From Rotaria sp. (taxonomy: Eukaryota), in NCBI GenBank assembly GCA_905250055.1, contig CAJNOF010000004.1:4318909-4382908 (forward strand): a stretch of 64,000 nucleotides of DNA. Reading direction: 5' to 3'. The translations under genes were made by a program, and so were the position numbers. The number at the start of each line of letters is the position of its first letter. Positions within the stretch are counted from its first letter, which is position 1. Below, one piece after another: positions 1 to 13,463 of this stretch. Under the pieces are notes generated by a model. The model did no database searches. It worked only from the letters and a program-made list of their open reading frames with translations, and was not told the origin of the DNA.

Positions 1-347
1 GATATCCATTTTGCTATCTTTATTATTATTTATTGAATTTCCATAGGATATATGTTTAAATAAATTAACAACACGAGTTTTAATTTTTTGAAGAATATTT
101 TTATTTTCAATTATTGTTGAATGATGTGATGGAATTGTATTTGAACGTTGATTTATTGTTTGATTAAAATATGTATGTAAAGTATTGGATGATGAACTAT
201 ATTTTTTTTCAATCAATGATGAATTCATTGTTGATGATAATGTATGTTGTGTTGGACATGATGCATTACGTGTAAATTGAGGATGACTAACCGATACTAT
301 TGATGATGAACCAGCTTGTTGTGTTGATGTTGACGACGATGGTAGTG
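1..347 (-). CDS. Possible 5' coding exon of a Ser-rich protein that continues beyond the window start
   Basis: ATG at 345-347 on the minus strand, then about 115 stop-free codons to the window edge (MTLPSSSTSTQQAGSSS...). The composition resembles other exons here, but an ORF of this length could also arise by chance. Confidence 0.25.
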
Positions 348-1825
348 TCATTGTTGTCAATCTAGAATATCATTTTACATAAGTTTAGTGGGATTTTTTT
401 TTTTTGTTGTTGTACTTCACTTGTAATTTTATTCTAACCGATCTACTCTATTTACCCACCTCTCTCGCTTCCGCCACCTGGTCTTCTTTCTTTCGGTTCA
501 ATACACAAGATCATTAGAATTGAATCCCAATGTGCATATTCATACATCTCAAGAGATTAGAAATGAAAAGATTGAATGTCTAGTGTATAATAGCTGAGAA
601 TTAAATTTTAGAAAAGACGTTACTTTTCTATATGATACACAATAACAAACGACTGACTATTTAAAAGAATGCTTAATATCAATTAGACATTGATATTAAT
701 CAAGAGGTAGCTTTCTTAATGCAATGTTTTTCTTTTTATGGTTCGTAACGAGAAATGTATATAATATATATGTGTGTGTCTGTATGTGTTTTTTTTTTCT
801 ACCTAAAAATCAGTCTTACTGCATATACGAAACGACAAACTATAGTGATAAATCAAAACGACAAAAAAACCTATTTCGACAAGTTGAAAATATTGAGTAA
901 AAAAAAAAAGAAAAATGTATTTTAATAGGTGTATAACCTTCAGTTATAATTTTTTTATGACTAATTGACTTGATCAAGATGGAAAATTATTTTTAATTAG
1001 ACAAATTTGTTCAAGGTGATTTTTATTATAAATAATATTTGTCGATACTATCATAAGTCAATAGAACAGTAGATGGAATGTCATTTTTCTATGTTTTGTT
1101 TTAAGACTTACGTAAAAATTTGAATGTCACCGATAGAAGAGTTGAGTTGCTGGGATGTGTATTTGATAATGGTGTTGTCGTTGTCGTCGTCGCACACTCA
1201 GTCTGAACTAGAAATGCATCAGGGGAGGACGTTACTCTCTCTTTTTCTCTCTTTTTCTCTCATTTTTCTTTAACGGCCGTTCTCTTATTCTCTCTCTTTG
1301 CCATTATATAGCTTTATAGATTTTTCTTTTTTTCTCGTTTATTCTATTTATCGATTCTTTTAATACAGCTGATTGTCGATCAAGTATAGAGGATACATAC
1401 CATTACACACATACGTTTCTCGTCGGGCTCGAGCGTTTGTTCTTCATTCTTTTTCTGTATAGGAAAGCAAAAACAGCTGCTTGTCATATTCAATGATTGG
1501 TTACAATTTGACAGCTTCATCTGATGGAGAAAAGGAAGAGAGTAAAAAAATACAGAACGCAAGAAATTCTTCTCATACTTTGCTTTTTTTTTTTTTTTTT
1601 TTTTTTTTTTTCTTTTTGTTATAAGATTACCTCACGCGTGTCGTTTGTTACTTAGGGGCATGCGGTATATGCTGTGCACGATAATGATGTGAAATCGGCA
1701 CAAAAGATCTCTCGGGATTGTCATCGATTGTATGTGCTATACAGGATGAACAAAAGCTCCCGGCTATCGATCACACATGTCTCATGAAGTGTTCATCATT
1801 AGAGGGAAGAACAAAAAAGAGTGAA

Positions 1826-1828
<3 letters not shown>

Positions 1829-1865
<37 letters not shown>
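1829..1865. repeat. Poly(T)37 homopolymer; a second T28 lies at 1584-1611
   Basis: Directly visible uninterrupted T runs flanking a 200-bp unit of higher GC. Confidence 0.95.
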
Positions 1866-1866
<1 letters not shown>

Positions 1867-4800
1867 TTTAAAGTTGTTCGATTATATGCTATAGAAGTAG
1901 AAGAGAAGAAGAAAAAAAAACTAATTATCACACTCTTTACAAGAATGACGATAGACGAGAACAATTGCAGCTGATATTAGCCAGATTTTCTTCTTACACT
2001 TTCTGGTAAAGAACAAATTGATCATAGAACATCAATGAAATATAACACAAACGGATTTCTTCTTTTTCTTTCTTTCTTGCTCTCAGCTGGAGCATATATA
2101 CATATACATATTATACAGGCCATATGTACACGAACGAAGCCATCATTATCCATGTTATGTGAGCAGTACACAGCTGGACTGTCGAGTCGATTTATAAACA
2201 TATATATACACTACTCGTCATTCGATCCATTCCCCAGATGATGACGAAAAGCTTCATTTCGAAGATCTGATTTCTTTTCCTCTATGATGTCGATATGTCT
2301 CTAATGAATTGAACAAGCGAGTACGTGCTTGTTCTCTATTCAATTACCCTTACTGCCGAGGGTTCCTTACTATTCTTATCACACTTGCTCTATCGTACTC
2401 ATTACGGCTGCTTACTAATGATTCTTTTTCTCTCTGTCTTAGTTTTATTTTTTTTTTGCTTGTCAGAAGAAAATAAAGATGTGTATGCATGCATCTAACC
2501 GTTTTACTACCGCCTGCCATCATCGTACAGGTAGATTGTTGACTGACGCCTAATTGAATGAAGAAAAAAAAAAGGAGTGAGAGATAAAAAAAAAAAAGAA
2601 CAAGGCGTTTGTCTCTAGTGAGCAGAAAACCTATTCAAGATTCGATTACTCTATTTTTATCTATAGAATATTGAATCAGCATCGCCTGAGAGCACATTCA
2701 CATTCTATCTATTGCTGTTAGTTATTGCCAAGATGGGACATGTGTGTATGCATATATATAAGCAAAAAAAAGAAGAAAAATGACGAGTCATGTAGAGTAT
2801 GCACGGTCAAGATAGATTCTTCTCAAGTGTACGTGTAGCTTTTCATTCATCATTATAATCTTTCCGTTGTGTACACATATCAAGATGGTGTCTAGTAAAT
2901 TTATTCGAAACAATGAAATCTAACATTTTAATGTGAAAAATAACATATGAGACGATCAATCTATACATATATAAAGAAAGATATTCTACAAGTTAGTGTG
3001 ACACAAAAAACCTCTACTTCTTATTCATTAAGAAAAGGTCACGATCAAGATAAAAAACACTATAGTAGACTGATGATAGAGTAATCTTTACAGTTTCTTG
3101 CCAAGATGAGATGAAATTATTGCCTAAAGAAATGATATTAATGGTCTAAGCAAATACTTGAAATAAGCTCTTTGATTAATTTTCTGCCGAAGGATAGCAA
3201 TCAAATAATCAGACGTAAGGCGTCAAAATCAATTTGCTTTGCATTCTCATCTGTTTGACATGAAGGAAAGAAAAAAGAAAAAAACTTAGTTGTAGTGATT
3301 TATCATGAATATTAAAGGGCATCACCTAGTCAAATTTCTCTTTCTCTTTTTCTTTTATTATTATTATTATTAGAATAAATATCGATATGTACATTGGATA
3401 TCACCAATCCATACATATCGATAGCAAGAAAAATGAGACCCCATAAGCCCACTGTTATTATTGCTGTTGTTGTTTTTATTATTATTATTATTATTAGTCT
3501 TGCTTCTCGCATTTTGTTTTTCTCTTGAAATCGTTTGATATTTGCTTATATACTTTTCTCCTGCATATGTTCTCATCGATTGTTCTTCCGCTTGTGATTA
3601 TTTAGTTGCCTGAGATTGCTAATCCACTCTCATTTATTTCTCGACTACTGTATATATGCCTGTGTGCGTGTCAATAGCTCAATAATTCAGTTTCTCTACA
3701 CGACGCCAGCTGTCAACTATGTAACACATGGCTCTGATTCTCTCGTGTGTATGTAATGCACCATCAATCACCTTCAAATTCTATTCATATAGAAAAATAT
3801 GAGTAAAGATGCAATGATTTTATATCATATAGAAATCCTCTTGAGATCGAATAGAATATTTCATGATTAGATCTTATCAAATATATAAAAAAAACCTAGT
3901 ATATATAACTATACAATACAATCACAATCGAGTTGAATGTGTGAATAGAAGTGTAAGCGAAAAAGAATTAATTCACATTTGCATTTTTGACACCATCATC
4001 AAACACACATACACATTGGCACTCAAGAGAGAAAGAGGGAGAAAGAGAAGGAGGAGGCGGAGGGAGTGATGAGTGGCTCTTTGTCGCCGTGATGTTGGTG
4101 CCCATATATTTTTTTTGTCGGTCGCGGCACGATATAATCAGTTGACAGGAGCTCAACTATACCTATTGAAAGAATCGAGAATGAAATGTCTAGAATGTGT
4201 GAATTATATTGAATATACATTTAACAATAGAGAATAAAACAAAACAAAGAAAAGGAACCGAACACATGATGCGATCATACTTAATAGTATGGTCGTAGAA
4301 AAAAACTCTCAGTAAAATATTTCATATGTTAATATGATGTTAACAACAAAACAAAAGAGATATAAAATTTTATGTGAAAAAAGATAAATCTTGATTAAAT
4401 CCGCTTTTCGTATTTTATCTCGATACTGTTTACATATGTAATGAAAGACAAAAAAAATACTCAATTATCATAAGAAGCTTTGATGGTAATCCAAAATGAT
4501 GTATAGGCTTTTTCTTTTTTTTTTTTTTTTATATAGCTCAATGTAGAAATGAGAAAGACAAATTATGAATGCATGATAACATCTCCGGAAGGAACTAGAC
4601 ACGAAATACACACGCGAGCATAAACCGTTTTTTTAAAGTCTTAATTTTTCTTTTTACTAATTTCTAAAAAAAATAGAAATATCAATTCAACTTGAATGAG
4701 CACGTCATTTGACACTTTCCGGTTGTACACTTCCATTTATTATAAGGTTTTCATTGCAATTATATATCGTTAAAATGTCAGATGGAACATGTCAAATACA

Positions 4801-7800
4801 TCCGATCTTCATTTTTATATCAATAACTACGTCTAGTTAATGTGTATATTCACTTTTTTGATTTTGATCAATAGATCATACATTGACATGATTGTTTGTA
4901 GTTGCGGAATGATTTATCAATACAATGAATAGCACGCAACAGACACTTTTTAAATAGATCTATAAACATATGGCGGAAGTAAAAATGTGTATTATTCTTC
5001 TTCGTCTTTTTTTTTTTGATCTTCATTTGACCAATAAGTAGAATACTTCAAAGCGCACACGTACATCATATTCTTACAATATAGAGACTATTGTTGTTAA
5101 TATAAAAAAAAGAGAGTAGGCTGTTGAAGCACTACTTGTACCATATGGATAGAGAATATATTCAATGTCATTCAACAGCAAAAGTAAATGCTGATTAGTA
5201 ATGAACTGAAGAGAATTATTAGTTCTTTTGTGTTTTTTTTTTGTTATCGACATTTGACGTACCAAATTGACAATGTTTTCAAGAAATTGATCCCATGGGC
5301 CATTAAATTTTCTATTTATTAAAAAAATTTCTATTATTTGCTTGAAGAATGTCATCCTTTTGCTCGAGGAAAACGACTATCAAGCTCATCATATTCATTG
5401 TAAATAAAACATTTTTTTTTTGTCTAATGATTGTTGACATTTATGATCGTCAATCATCATCATCATCATCATCATCATCATATGTTACAGCTGCAGTTGT
5501 AGTTTTTCTTCGGTGTGTTTTTTGAAGATTAATGTATAACAAACCTCGAAGACAGACCATTTTTTTTCTCGTCAAAGAACAAATATATCAGCATAAAAAG
5601 CGAGAACATTCTGTTGCATTTTTACTCATTAACCTTGAGTATGGTCGTATTTAATGGCCATATGTTTGTTCTACCGTATAAATCATATATGACTCATTTT
5701 AATTAAAATACTTGCTAAGAAAAGTTAAATAAATAGAAGGACATTTTCGAATGTTATTTCACCTGTTCATATTTATTTCTTATTTGGCAATATCATTCAG
5801 TTGATTATCAGATATGATATGCTGATTTATTTTCTATTCGTATAATTGGATATGAAGAATGTTTAGTTAAAAGTTACAATTAGCAATGTAGTATTTCCAT
5901 ATGGAAATATTATTTTAAATATTGACACATAACTACCTTTTTTCCTTTTTAATGATTAGTCTTGTCAAGATCGATTTCTTACACAGTCAATCGGGCAATT
6001 CGCTTATATGATAAAGTATTTTCTTTCTTTATTTTTATGTTACACTTAAACTATGATCAAAAAGAATAATAATGTTATTCTAAGGAATTGATATAAAAAT
6101 GCTGCACGTGCATATTGATTTGAAAATTTAAAGTGTTCAAATAATCTAAATGAATATGGCTTCTTTTTTTATTTGTTATACATTGTTAAAATGTTCATTT
6201 AAGAAAAAAAGAATGAATGAATGAATGAATGAATAAATGTAATCGATTTGTTTCTTCGAAATCAATAATGAACTATTCATTTCAATAGTCCACTTCTTTT
6301 TCTAGAGGTAATTATTGATTAGAATGATAAGATCGTACATATCTATACTCAATGTTAAATTAAGATGACTAAACCGTTGAAAAAGCAAATGAATGTTTTT
6401 TTGTGTTATCTATCATTCTATATCTTGTTTCGACATCTTATGTAGGCAATTAGAGCACAATTAGTGAGAAACTTTGACTAAGTGATATGGCTGTTCATCA
6501 TTGAATAGATTATATCCTATATCGCATAAATTGACTGTTCAGATGAAATCAAACATTCATGAGATATATAATAAGTTTTATTTTTATACATAACTCCTAA
6601 AACGAAGTCAAATAAACACAAAAGAAGAGTATAAAAAAGTTCTTTGAGATGTCTAACGGGTCAATTTTAATAATAAAAATGATTTTTATTGATTTGTATG
6701 TAATTTGTTTATTTGTGTTAACAAAACTGGAAAAAACAGAAATTGTCTTCTACTGAATCAGATTCTATTCGTAGCTCTCGCCTATTTTATATAATAACAA
6801 ATATTTAACAAGATAATATTGTTTTTCTAAAACAACACGAGCAATATACGAGTTTTATTTGAATTGGATGCTGCGCTATATAATATAAATGGATCACTGG
6901 AAGTATTTTAATGAAATTTCATGCAAATAACAAATATTTTGTCATCTGATAGGTCATATTGAAATTAGAGAAAGACTCAGATGATTCATGTTCATAGACT
7001 TTTCTTCTTGAGTTTTTGCAAATTTTTATAAGTTTTTCAATAAAATATCATAGTCATAATCAGATCAACTTCAAAAGTGTCTTTTCAGCTTAAACTTTGC
7101 ACAAATCAAATTCTCAACGGAACTAGTGTTTAATTGGAACGTCAGATTTTCTCGTGTCATCTTTTTTTTTCAGACACTAATATAGAGCATTTAATTAGAC
7201 GGCGAAAAAATTAGTTTAATTCTTCTATTTAATCTGCAGGATATAAAATGGTAAAAATGTTTACACCTTCAAAATGAAATAATTCTGTTGAAACTTTTAT
7301 TTGTACAAATTATAAACTGGAAAGTTACTTTTAACGATGGCCTGAGTTTAATCATAATATTTTATTAACAAACTCACTAAAATTGCCATAACTCAAGAAG
7401 AAAGATCTATGATCATGAATCCTCTTAGACGTTGTTTAATCTCAATATGGCATATATAATGAGATAGGACTTATGACACAAGTGGTTTATCATTTAACGA
7501 GAATACTTCATAAGCCTACGATAGAATTGATTTTATATTTGAAGTTGAAGCGTTAGTTTCTTAGTGAGCACTTTTTTCTGGCTGGTAAAAGATTCAAGAG
7601 ATATTAATGAATAACATAAAATAAGTTTCATTTTTGAATAGCATGTGCTCTTCATTGTATGAAGCAGTTAACTTGAAATAACACTATTTCAAACAAATTC
7701 TTTTTTCCCTAATGATCTAAGAACTTATGATGACAAAAACTTTGATAATAAAGAGTCCTTCAAAATCGAGATAGAATGAAAGAAAAAATAGAAATTGGTT

Positions 7801-8061
7801 GTTTTTTACTGGTAAATTTTCATTTTATTAAGAATAAATTGTAGAATCTAGAATACTTACGTATAAAAATGAAAATAAAAGTTTGTAAAGAGATTTTTTT
7901 TGGCCAATCATTTGTATAACGAGCAAAAAAAACAATTGTCTGATGACTCGAATTTTGGTCTAACACACATACCAAATGTAAATTATATTTATTATAACTT
8001 TCGAATGGCAAATGTTGCTAGTTTTAGGTAGACTTCAAATAATAAATCATTGTATATATCT

Positions 8062-8593
8062 TTATTCATATTTTAACAAAATATCATTAACATAATTGAA
8101 AGAAAAAGTTATTGACAATAATGAATCATAAAGATAGAAGTTTTCTGAATATACTATTGGTATTGAATCAAAAGTAATGTTTCTGAATTTTGCACTGTTG
8201 TCACGAACAAGATCATTTGTGAAATTTTCTGTTGCAGTCATCAAATTTTCATACTTAGCATATAACATATTTAGACGAGGTAAACGTGTCCATGAATTAA
8301 ATAGAAATTGTTTGACATAGTCGATGTGTGTCGTATTAAAGATAGAGTTGTATAAAATGTGAATACTCAATTATTGAACATGTTTGTTCATATTTATTGA
8401 ATTGATCTGTTAATTTCTTTTGTTGTTCACATATATTGCATAATGTCAATCCATTAACTAATGGAGAAACTCGAGGTATTTTAACAAAGCAATCATGTTC
8501 GAATAGAACAAACAAATCATTTAAATACAGTCTACAAACACTCATAAATAGGCCACCGGAAAAACTGTTAATTATATTGTGCATACGTTTCAT
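8062..8593 (-). pseudogene. Two adjacent overlapping ORFs in different frames (102 aa and 85 aa), possibly a frameshifted remnant of a gene or transposon ORF
   Basis: ORFs 8062-8370 and 8336-8593 abut with a frame change, next to the MITE cluster at 8700-9900. No homology was recognised. Confidence 0.2.
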
Positions 8594-8727
8594 AGTAAAT
8601 AGAAGCTAATAAATATGACATAGATTTAGTTCTTGTGAATAATAATCGATATAGTAATTAATATGAAACTCTCTTTGAATGAATGTACATCGAATATTAG
8701 AAGAAGACTTAGATAAAGTTATCAGCG

Positions 8728-8990
8728 AATTCGAGTAATTCCACCAACGATTCGTTGAGGAGCTTGTTTCAATATGTGTTCCAAGTACAACTTGACGAGC
8801 TCTATCCATTGGTATGCTCAGATTTTTATAACTCATACTACGATTTTCACGTTTGCCATAACCCCATCTATGGTTCTAAAAATTATAATTTGGACTATGG
8901 AACATCTGAGCATACCAATGAATAGAGCTCGTCGAGTTGTACTTGGAACAGGCTTGTGAACGAATCGCCATCGGAATTACTCGAATCGAG
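8728..8990. mobile_element. About 260-bp imperfect palindrome (MITE-like)
   Basis: Arms 8728-8830 and 8906-8990 are about 85% reverse-complementary (…caacttgacgagctctatccattggtatgctcagat / atctgagcataccaatgaatagagctcgtcgagttg…). This explains the mirrored ORFs 8606-8836(-) and 8774-8959(+). Confidence 0.55.
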
Positions 8991-9187
8991 TGCTAACTTC
9001 ACCTACATCAGAAGAAGATGATGATAGGGCTTGGGAAAAAATGGGGTTTCCAGTGACGATATCGAAGATCAACAGATGTAGATGTAACATTTTAGAAAAG
9101 ATATCGTTATTCAACTGTACTTCATTGATGAATGAAGTTCAAACTCGAACAACAAGAGATAATGTAAATTTCGCTAATGGGGTACGC

Positions 9188-9885
9188 CGACAGTTGAGCT
9201 CCCGACACTTAAGCCTTTATTGATTGATTACGAAAGAAATTAAATCAATATTCAATAACTTTGTTGAACTCAGAAGTAATGCACAATAGAGATGGACATA
9301 GTACAAATTTTTTTCCCACTTGCTATCTGACCCTGTCATGGTGAGCGGTAGGATTGGGTATAAATTATAGTTTTGTTCTGTTCTGTATCTATCTGTAGTA
9401 CGCACAAACTGGCACCATATTCCTACAGTATTAATGACTCGCTAGTATATTTCTCTATAGCTGAACGAATCATCTTAATAAAAACCAAGAGCATCAGGTT
9501 TGTGCGTTGCTGTATGTGAACAGAATATCTACATTCCATTGCAATCATAATCACACTCCTTAGAGATAAGCAAAGCCATCAAGTAGAGATTGGTACTTGC
9601 TTTTTACGGATATCACAATTGATACTGTTTTAAAAAATCGCAAAGATAGAACAGTAATGGAAACTGGATAACAAAAATAAAAATAATTTGAAAATCGTAC
9701 TCGCTTTCGTAGAAATGACTGATTTGGCTATGGAGGAGTATAATAGGGGCTCATCGGTCTCATAGAAAAATGTTGCATGCTTCTGTCTGCTAAACTTGTA
9801 TTGAACAAAATTATTGAATAGCGATTGAATTTCTTTTGTAATTAAGCGATAAAGGCTCAAGTATCGAGAGCTCAATTGTCGGATC
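9188..9885. mobile_element. MITE-like element with about 100-bp terminal inverted repeats
   Basis: Left ccgacagttgagctcccgacacttaagcctttattgattgattacgaaagaaattaaatcaatattcaataactttgttgaac versus the reverse complement of 9790-9885 (ccgacaattgagctctcgatacttgagcctttatcgcttaattacaaaagaaattcaatcgctattcaataattttgttcaa). Confidence 0.6.
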
Positions 9886-12800
9886 ACCCTCTAATGGTCA
9901 CATATGATGAAAAAATGATACCATTTGAGAGTCATCGTATGCGTCTATTCAACTTGATGACACCATCGAGAAACATTTTAGGCTAGATAGAATCTTCTGC
10001 AGAAAAAACCAATTAATTAATATAGATAGTAATCGATACCTAAGGGTGTGTGGTTTTGCGTCTGTTGCATGTCTGTATCCACATCGATACCCATACCATT
10101 CGAACAATACCATATAATTTGGTCTAGTAAATATACCCATGTCACAAAAATCAGATCATTTTTAGCGGTAAATCGCCGGTTTTTTTCTCGGTTTTTGACT
10201 ACATGGATAAACAAAAAGAAATGATTTCAGAGTGAGAAAAAGCATTAATTAAAAAACTATTTGTTCTTAAACGTTGATTGAATTATGATAATATACAACA
10301 ACAACAAAAGACAACAGTTACTATACATATCTATGGATGAACCATCGATTAGTCGACGTTTACCTTTATTTGAACAATTATTAGCTAATAAAGATAGTAT
10401 AAGAGCAGCACTTGCTTATTTAAAAAATTTATAAAGAGAAAATTAATTTATTTTACTAATGAATAAATGGACTTGTATTCTCAAAGCACAATATCCATTT
10501 TGCAGAGTTGATATTCATACATTATAGCAAGAGCAATAGCAGCAGCAACAAAAACAAAGTTTATGTATTCCACAAAAATTTCGAGTTCAACTTCTTGCTG
10601 AACAATCGTTCGTAGCCCGGTTTGATGCTAATTGGTCATCACCAGAAAATTCAACTAATGATTTTAATATAACACTAACAATTGAATTGATATCTAAGTA
10701 AATGCCAGACGATGAAAGAACAGTAATGTTATTTTGAATTCAATAGATCTTAGTCGATATCATCTAGAGGCTGCGCTTTCAACGTATCAATCACTTCTTT
10801 ATATTCAACTATTGTTGTTTCTCACCATGTTACATCACCATCAATAATTTCTAAATAAAAATTTGTACATGATTTAGTTTCAAAGAAATTTCTTTTTTAA
10901 TGAATTCTAATTGTTCTTTTTTTCTTTTAATCAGGATGTTCATCTCCATGAGTACTATCAAGTGATCTTTCAAGTGTACTAGTCGTAGGTCCTTCCATCC
11001 CATTCTATTAAGAATTGACACGATATTGTGCATGAAATAGTCCACCAACAGTTCTAATGAAAGCATCAAAACCAAATCAAACTAAAATAGGTTCTATCTT
11101 GATTATTCTTTCTAATTATTCATTTCAATGGTCATATTTATTCTCCTGTACCTCTTACAGATGGCTTTACTTTCACTAATCCTTCATTTGTTTAAATACC
11201 TAAGGAAGTTTTTAAATCGTCATTTTATTTCAATTCAAGAATAACAAATGAAGTACTAGTATCTGTACTTTCTCGAAAAATAAGAACACATGTATTCACG
11301 CATGATTACAGGACTCAAGAAGATATTGCTGGAGTAGTGTTGTATATGACGTTGCAATAATAATAGAAAAAAAGAGATGATGTACAAGTGATGTTATTGA
11401 ATGTTTATGTTTAAGAACTGAAATGATGAAACAACTTGTGATAGATTTATTGCTTCTTGATTAAAATAAATATGTAGAAAAATTGAAGTACTGTTTTTTA
11501 ATAAGGCGAATCTGATATATTAATTCATTCTAAATCAATTCTCCCTCAAAGAATCCCTGGGACAATTTTCAGGAGTTCCTTAAAAAAACAAAATGAGAAT
11601 CATGAATATTATAAAGGGTCGTATACGATGTCATATATCATTGTATTCATATGCAACTTTCGTCAGCTTGCAGTGGATTTTAAGGGTATTTTGAATAAAG
11701 AAAAATATGAGTTATATTTTAAAAATAATATCTCCTATCGAAATTTTTGTTAAAATTAATTTAAATAGCAAAAATAGAATGGATTTTTCTAAGGTAATAC
11801 GTACTTATTGACGTTGCTATAATGATAGTTCTGCATCAAACGAACACCATATATTTTCGTTAGATTAATTTTTTTTTAAATTGGTCACTAAATTTGAAGT
11901 ATATAAGTAATGCACTCCGCCATAAGCCCCTTGGCGATTCTCCAGAAATATCTCAGGAAGTTTTTGTCTTTATTCATATTCCTTGAAAATCGGAGACTCC
12001 CTACGGACTTTTCAGGAAGTCCTTGGGGTTTCACTAAGGATTCTGCAGATGATAGTCGACAAAATGTGATAGTCTGCTTTAAAATATATAATAAGATATA
12101 ATTCTCATTGAAGTAGAGTTGTTGCATTAAGCTGAACTTGTTTTTTTCGTGATTGACTCTATCGTCTAATGTGAGTAGTTGAAATAAAATTGCATCGTTT
12201 TTGTCCTGCTTATCTTGAGCTCTCAAATGAATACAACATCATTAAATACTGATCAGTAGAGCAAAGTGAAATATATTCATCATTTTATTGAATATAACAT
12301 TTTAAAATTGCTATATGCATCAAATACCTTTTTTTTTCATTTTATAACCTTTTCACAGTTTTGTTTTGTGAAATATTGAATCGTACAAAATGAATAACAG
12401 TAGTAAAAACATGATTTTTTTTAAAATTTGTGCTCAAAAATGGAGAGGATTGCGTGTATCAAATTTCATTTATTATTTTCTTGACTTTGAATTTTAATAT
12501 TTCTCTGACTAATAGTCTTAATTATAGATAGTCACTTTAGAACAACACATTAGTCATTATTGCACTATAGAAAAGACATTTTTTCACGTAGAACATTCCT
12601 TTCAAATGAAATTCTTTGGACAATGAAATGTTACTAATTCCTAAGCATTTATTAGTATTACACTAAAAGTCCAATTCTAAACCCACTCAATGCATTTAGA
12701 CGTACATTCATGCTCGAGACTGAAAAATTCTATTTCATAAATAATTCAGATAAACTGCAAATGACACATCTCTTTGTCATTTCTTTTTAACTAACAACTA

Positions 12801-13463
12801 ACTGGCATGTTTCATCCTAACAGATACTTCAAATAGAACGTGACTAAATTCATCTTTTCTTTCTCGATTAACTGCCTTTTCTCTTTTCTTTATCTATTCA
12901 TTTAAGAAAAAAAAAAACAAATCTTCATTATTCTCATATAAGTCATCATGTGATGTGCCTATCTAAAGAGTAATTTTCTCATTTCATAAATATGATCTGA
13001 ATTTGGAGTTTTTTCTATTTACACGAGTTGTCATGTATTATTTGAAACTCCTTAAAGAAAGATTTCAGAAATATATGTAATATCTTTTTTTTTTATTAGT
13101 CATCCATCTGTCGTCCCATCTTCCATAGCTATGACTCAATCATATACTTTTTAAATCCTTGACATTTGCATCATTTCAATCATATGCAATATGCTATTAG
13201 AGAAATCTGTCAATTCTATTCACATTAATTTCTTTTTTTCTTCTCTTTACGTACAACATCGACAAAAAAAGGAGAACCGGTCAACATCGAGAAAAAAAAA
13301 ACAAAACAGCGCAATAAGAAAAGATGACACAAACACAAATATCTATTTTGTTATATATATGTTTATCTAAAGTATATAAAGACAAATAAACATAATTATG
13401 AATTTTATCGACTTGAAAAAATAAATGTTTATTAATAAAAGACAAAAACAAAAAAAAAACAGA

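Noticed and set aside
2035-3576. Short ORFs in microsatellite and homopolymer regions (2035-2241, 3330-3512, 3370-3576; also 16905-17199)
   Set aside because: They are driven by (ATT)n/(TA)n/poly-A repeats. They have no splice context or coding-like composition.
10320-10700. Short plus-strand ORF (MDEPSISRRLPLFEQLLANKDSIRAALAYLKNL*) and downstream exon-like segment ...VQLLAEQSFVARFDANWSSPENSTNDFNITLTIELISK|gtaaat
   Set aside because: It could be a small spliced gene. I could not join the exons into a consistent frame or recognise the product.
11510-12226. Repeated motif ttttcaggaRgtcctt (11555, 12005) and the 112-aa ORF 11888-12226
   Set aside because: The motif repeat is short, and the ORF has no recognisable homology or splice context. 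It is possibly a decayed repeat.
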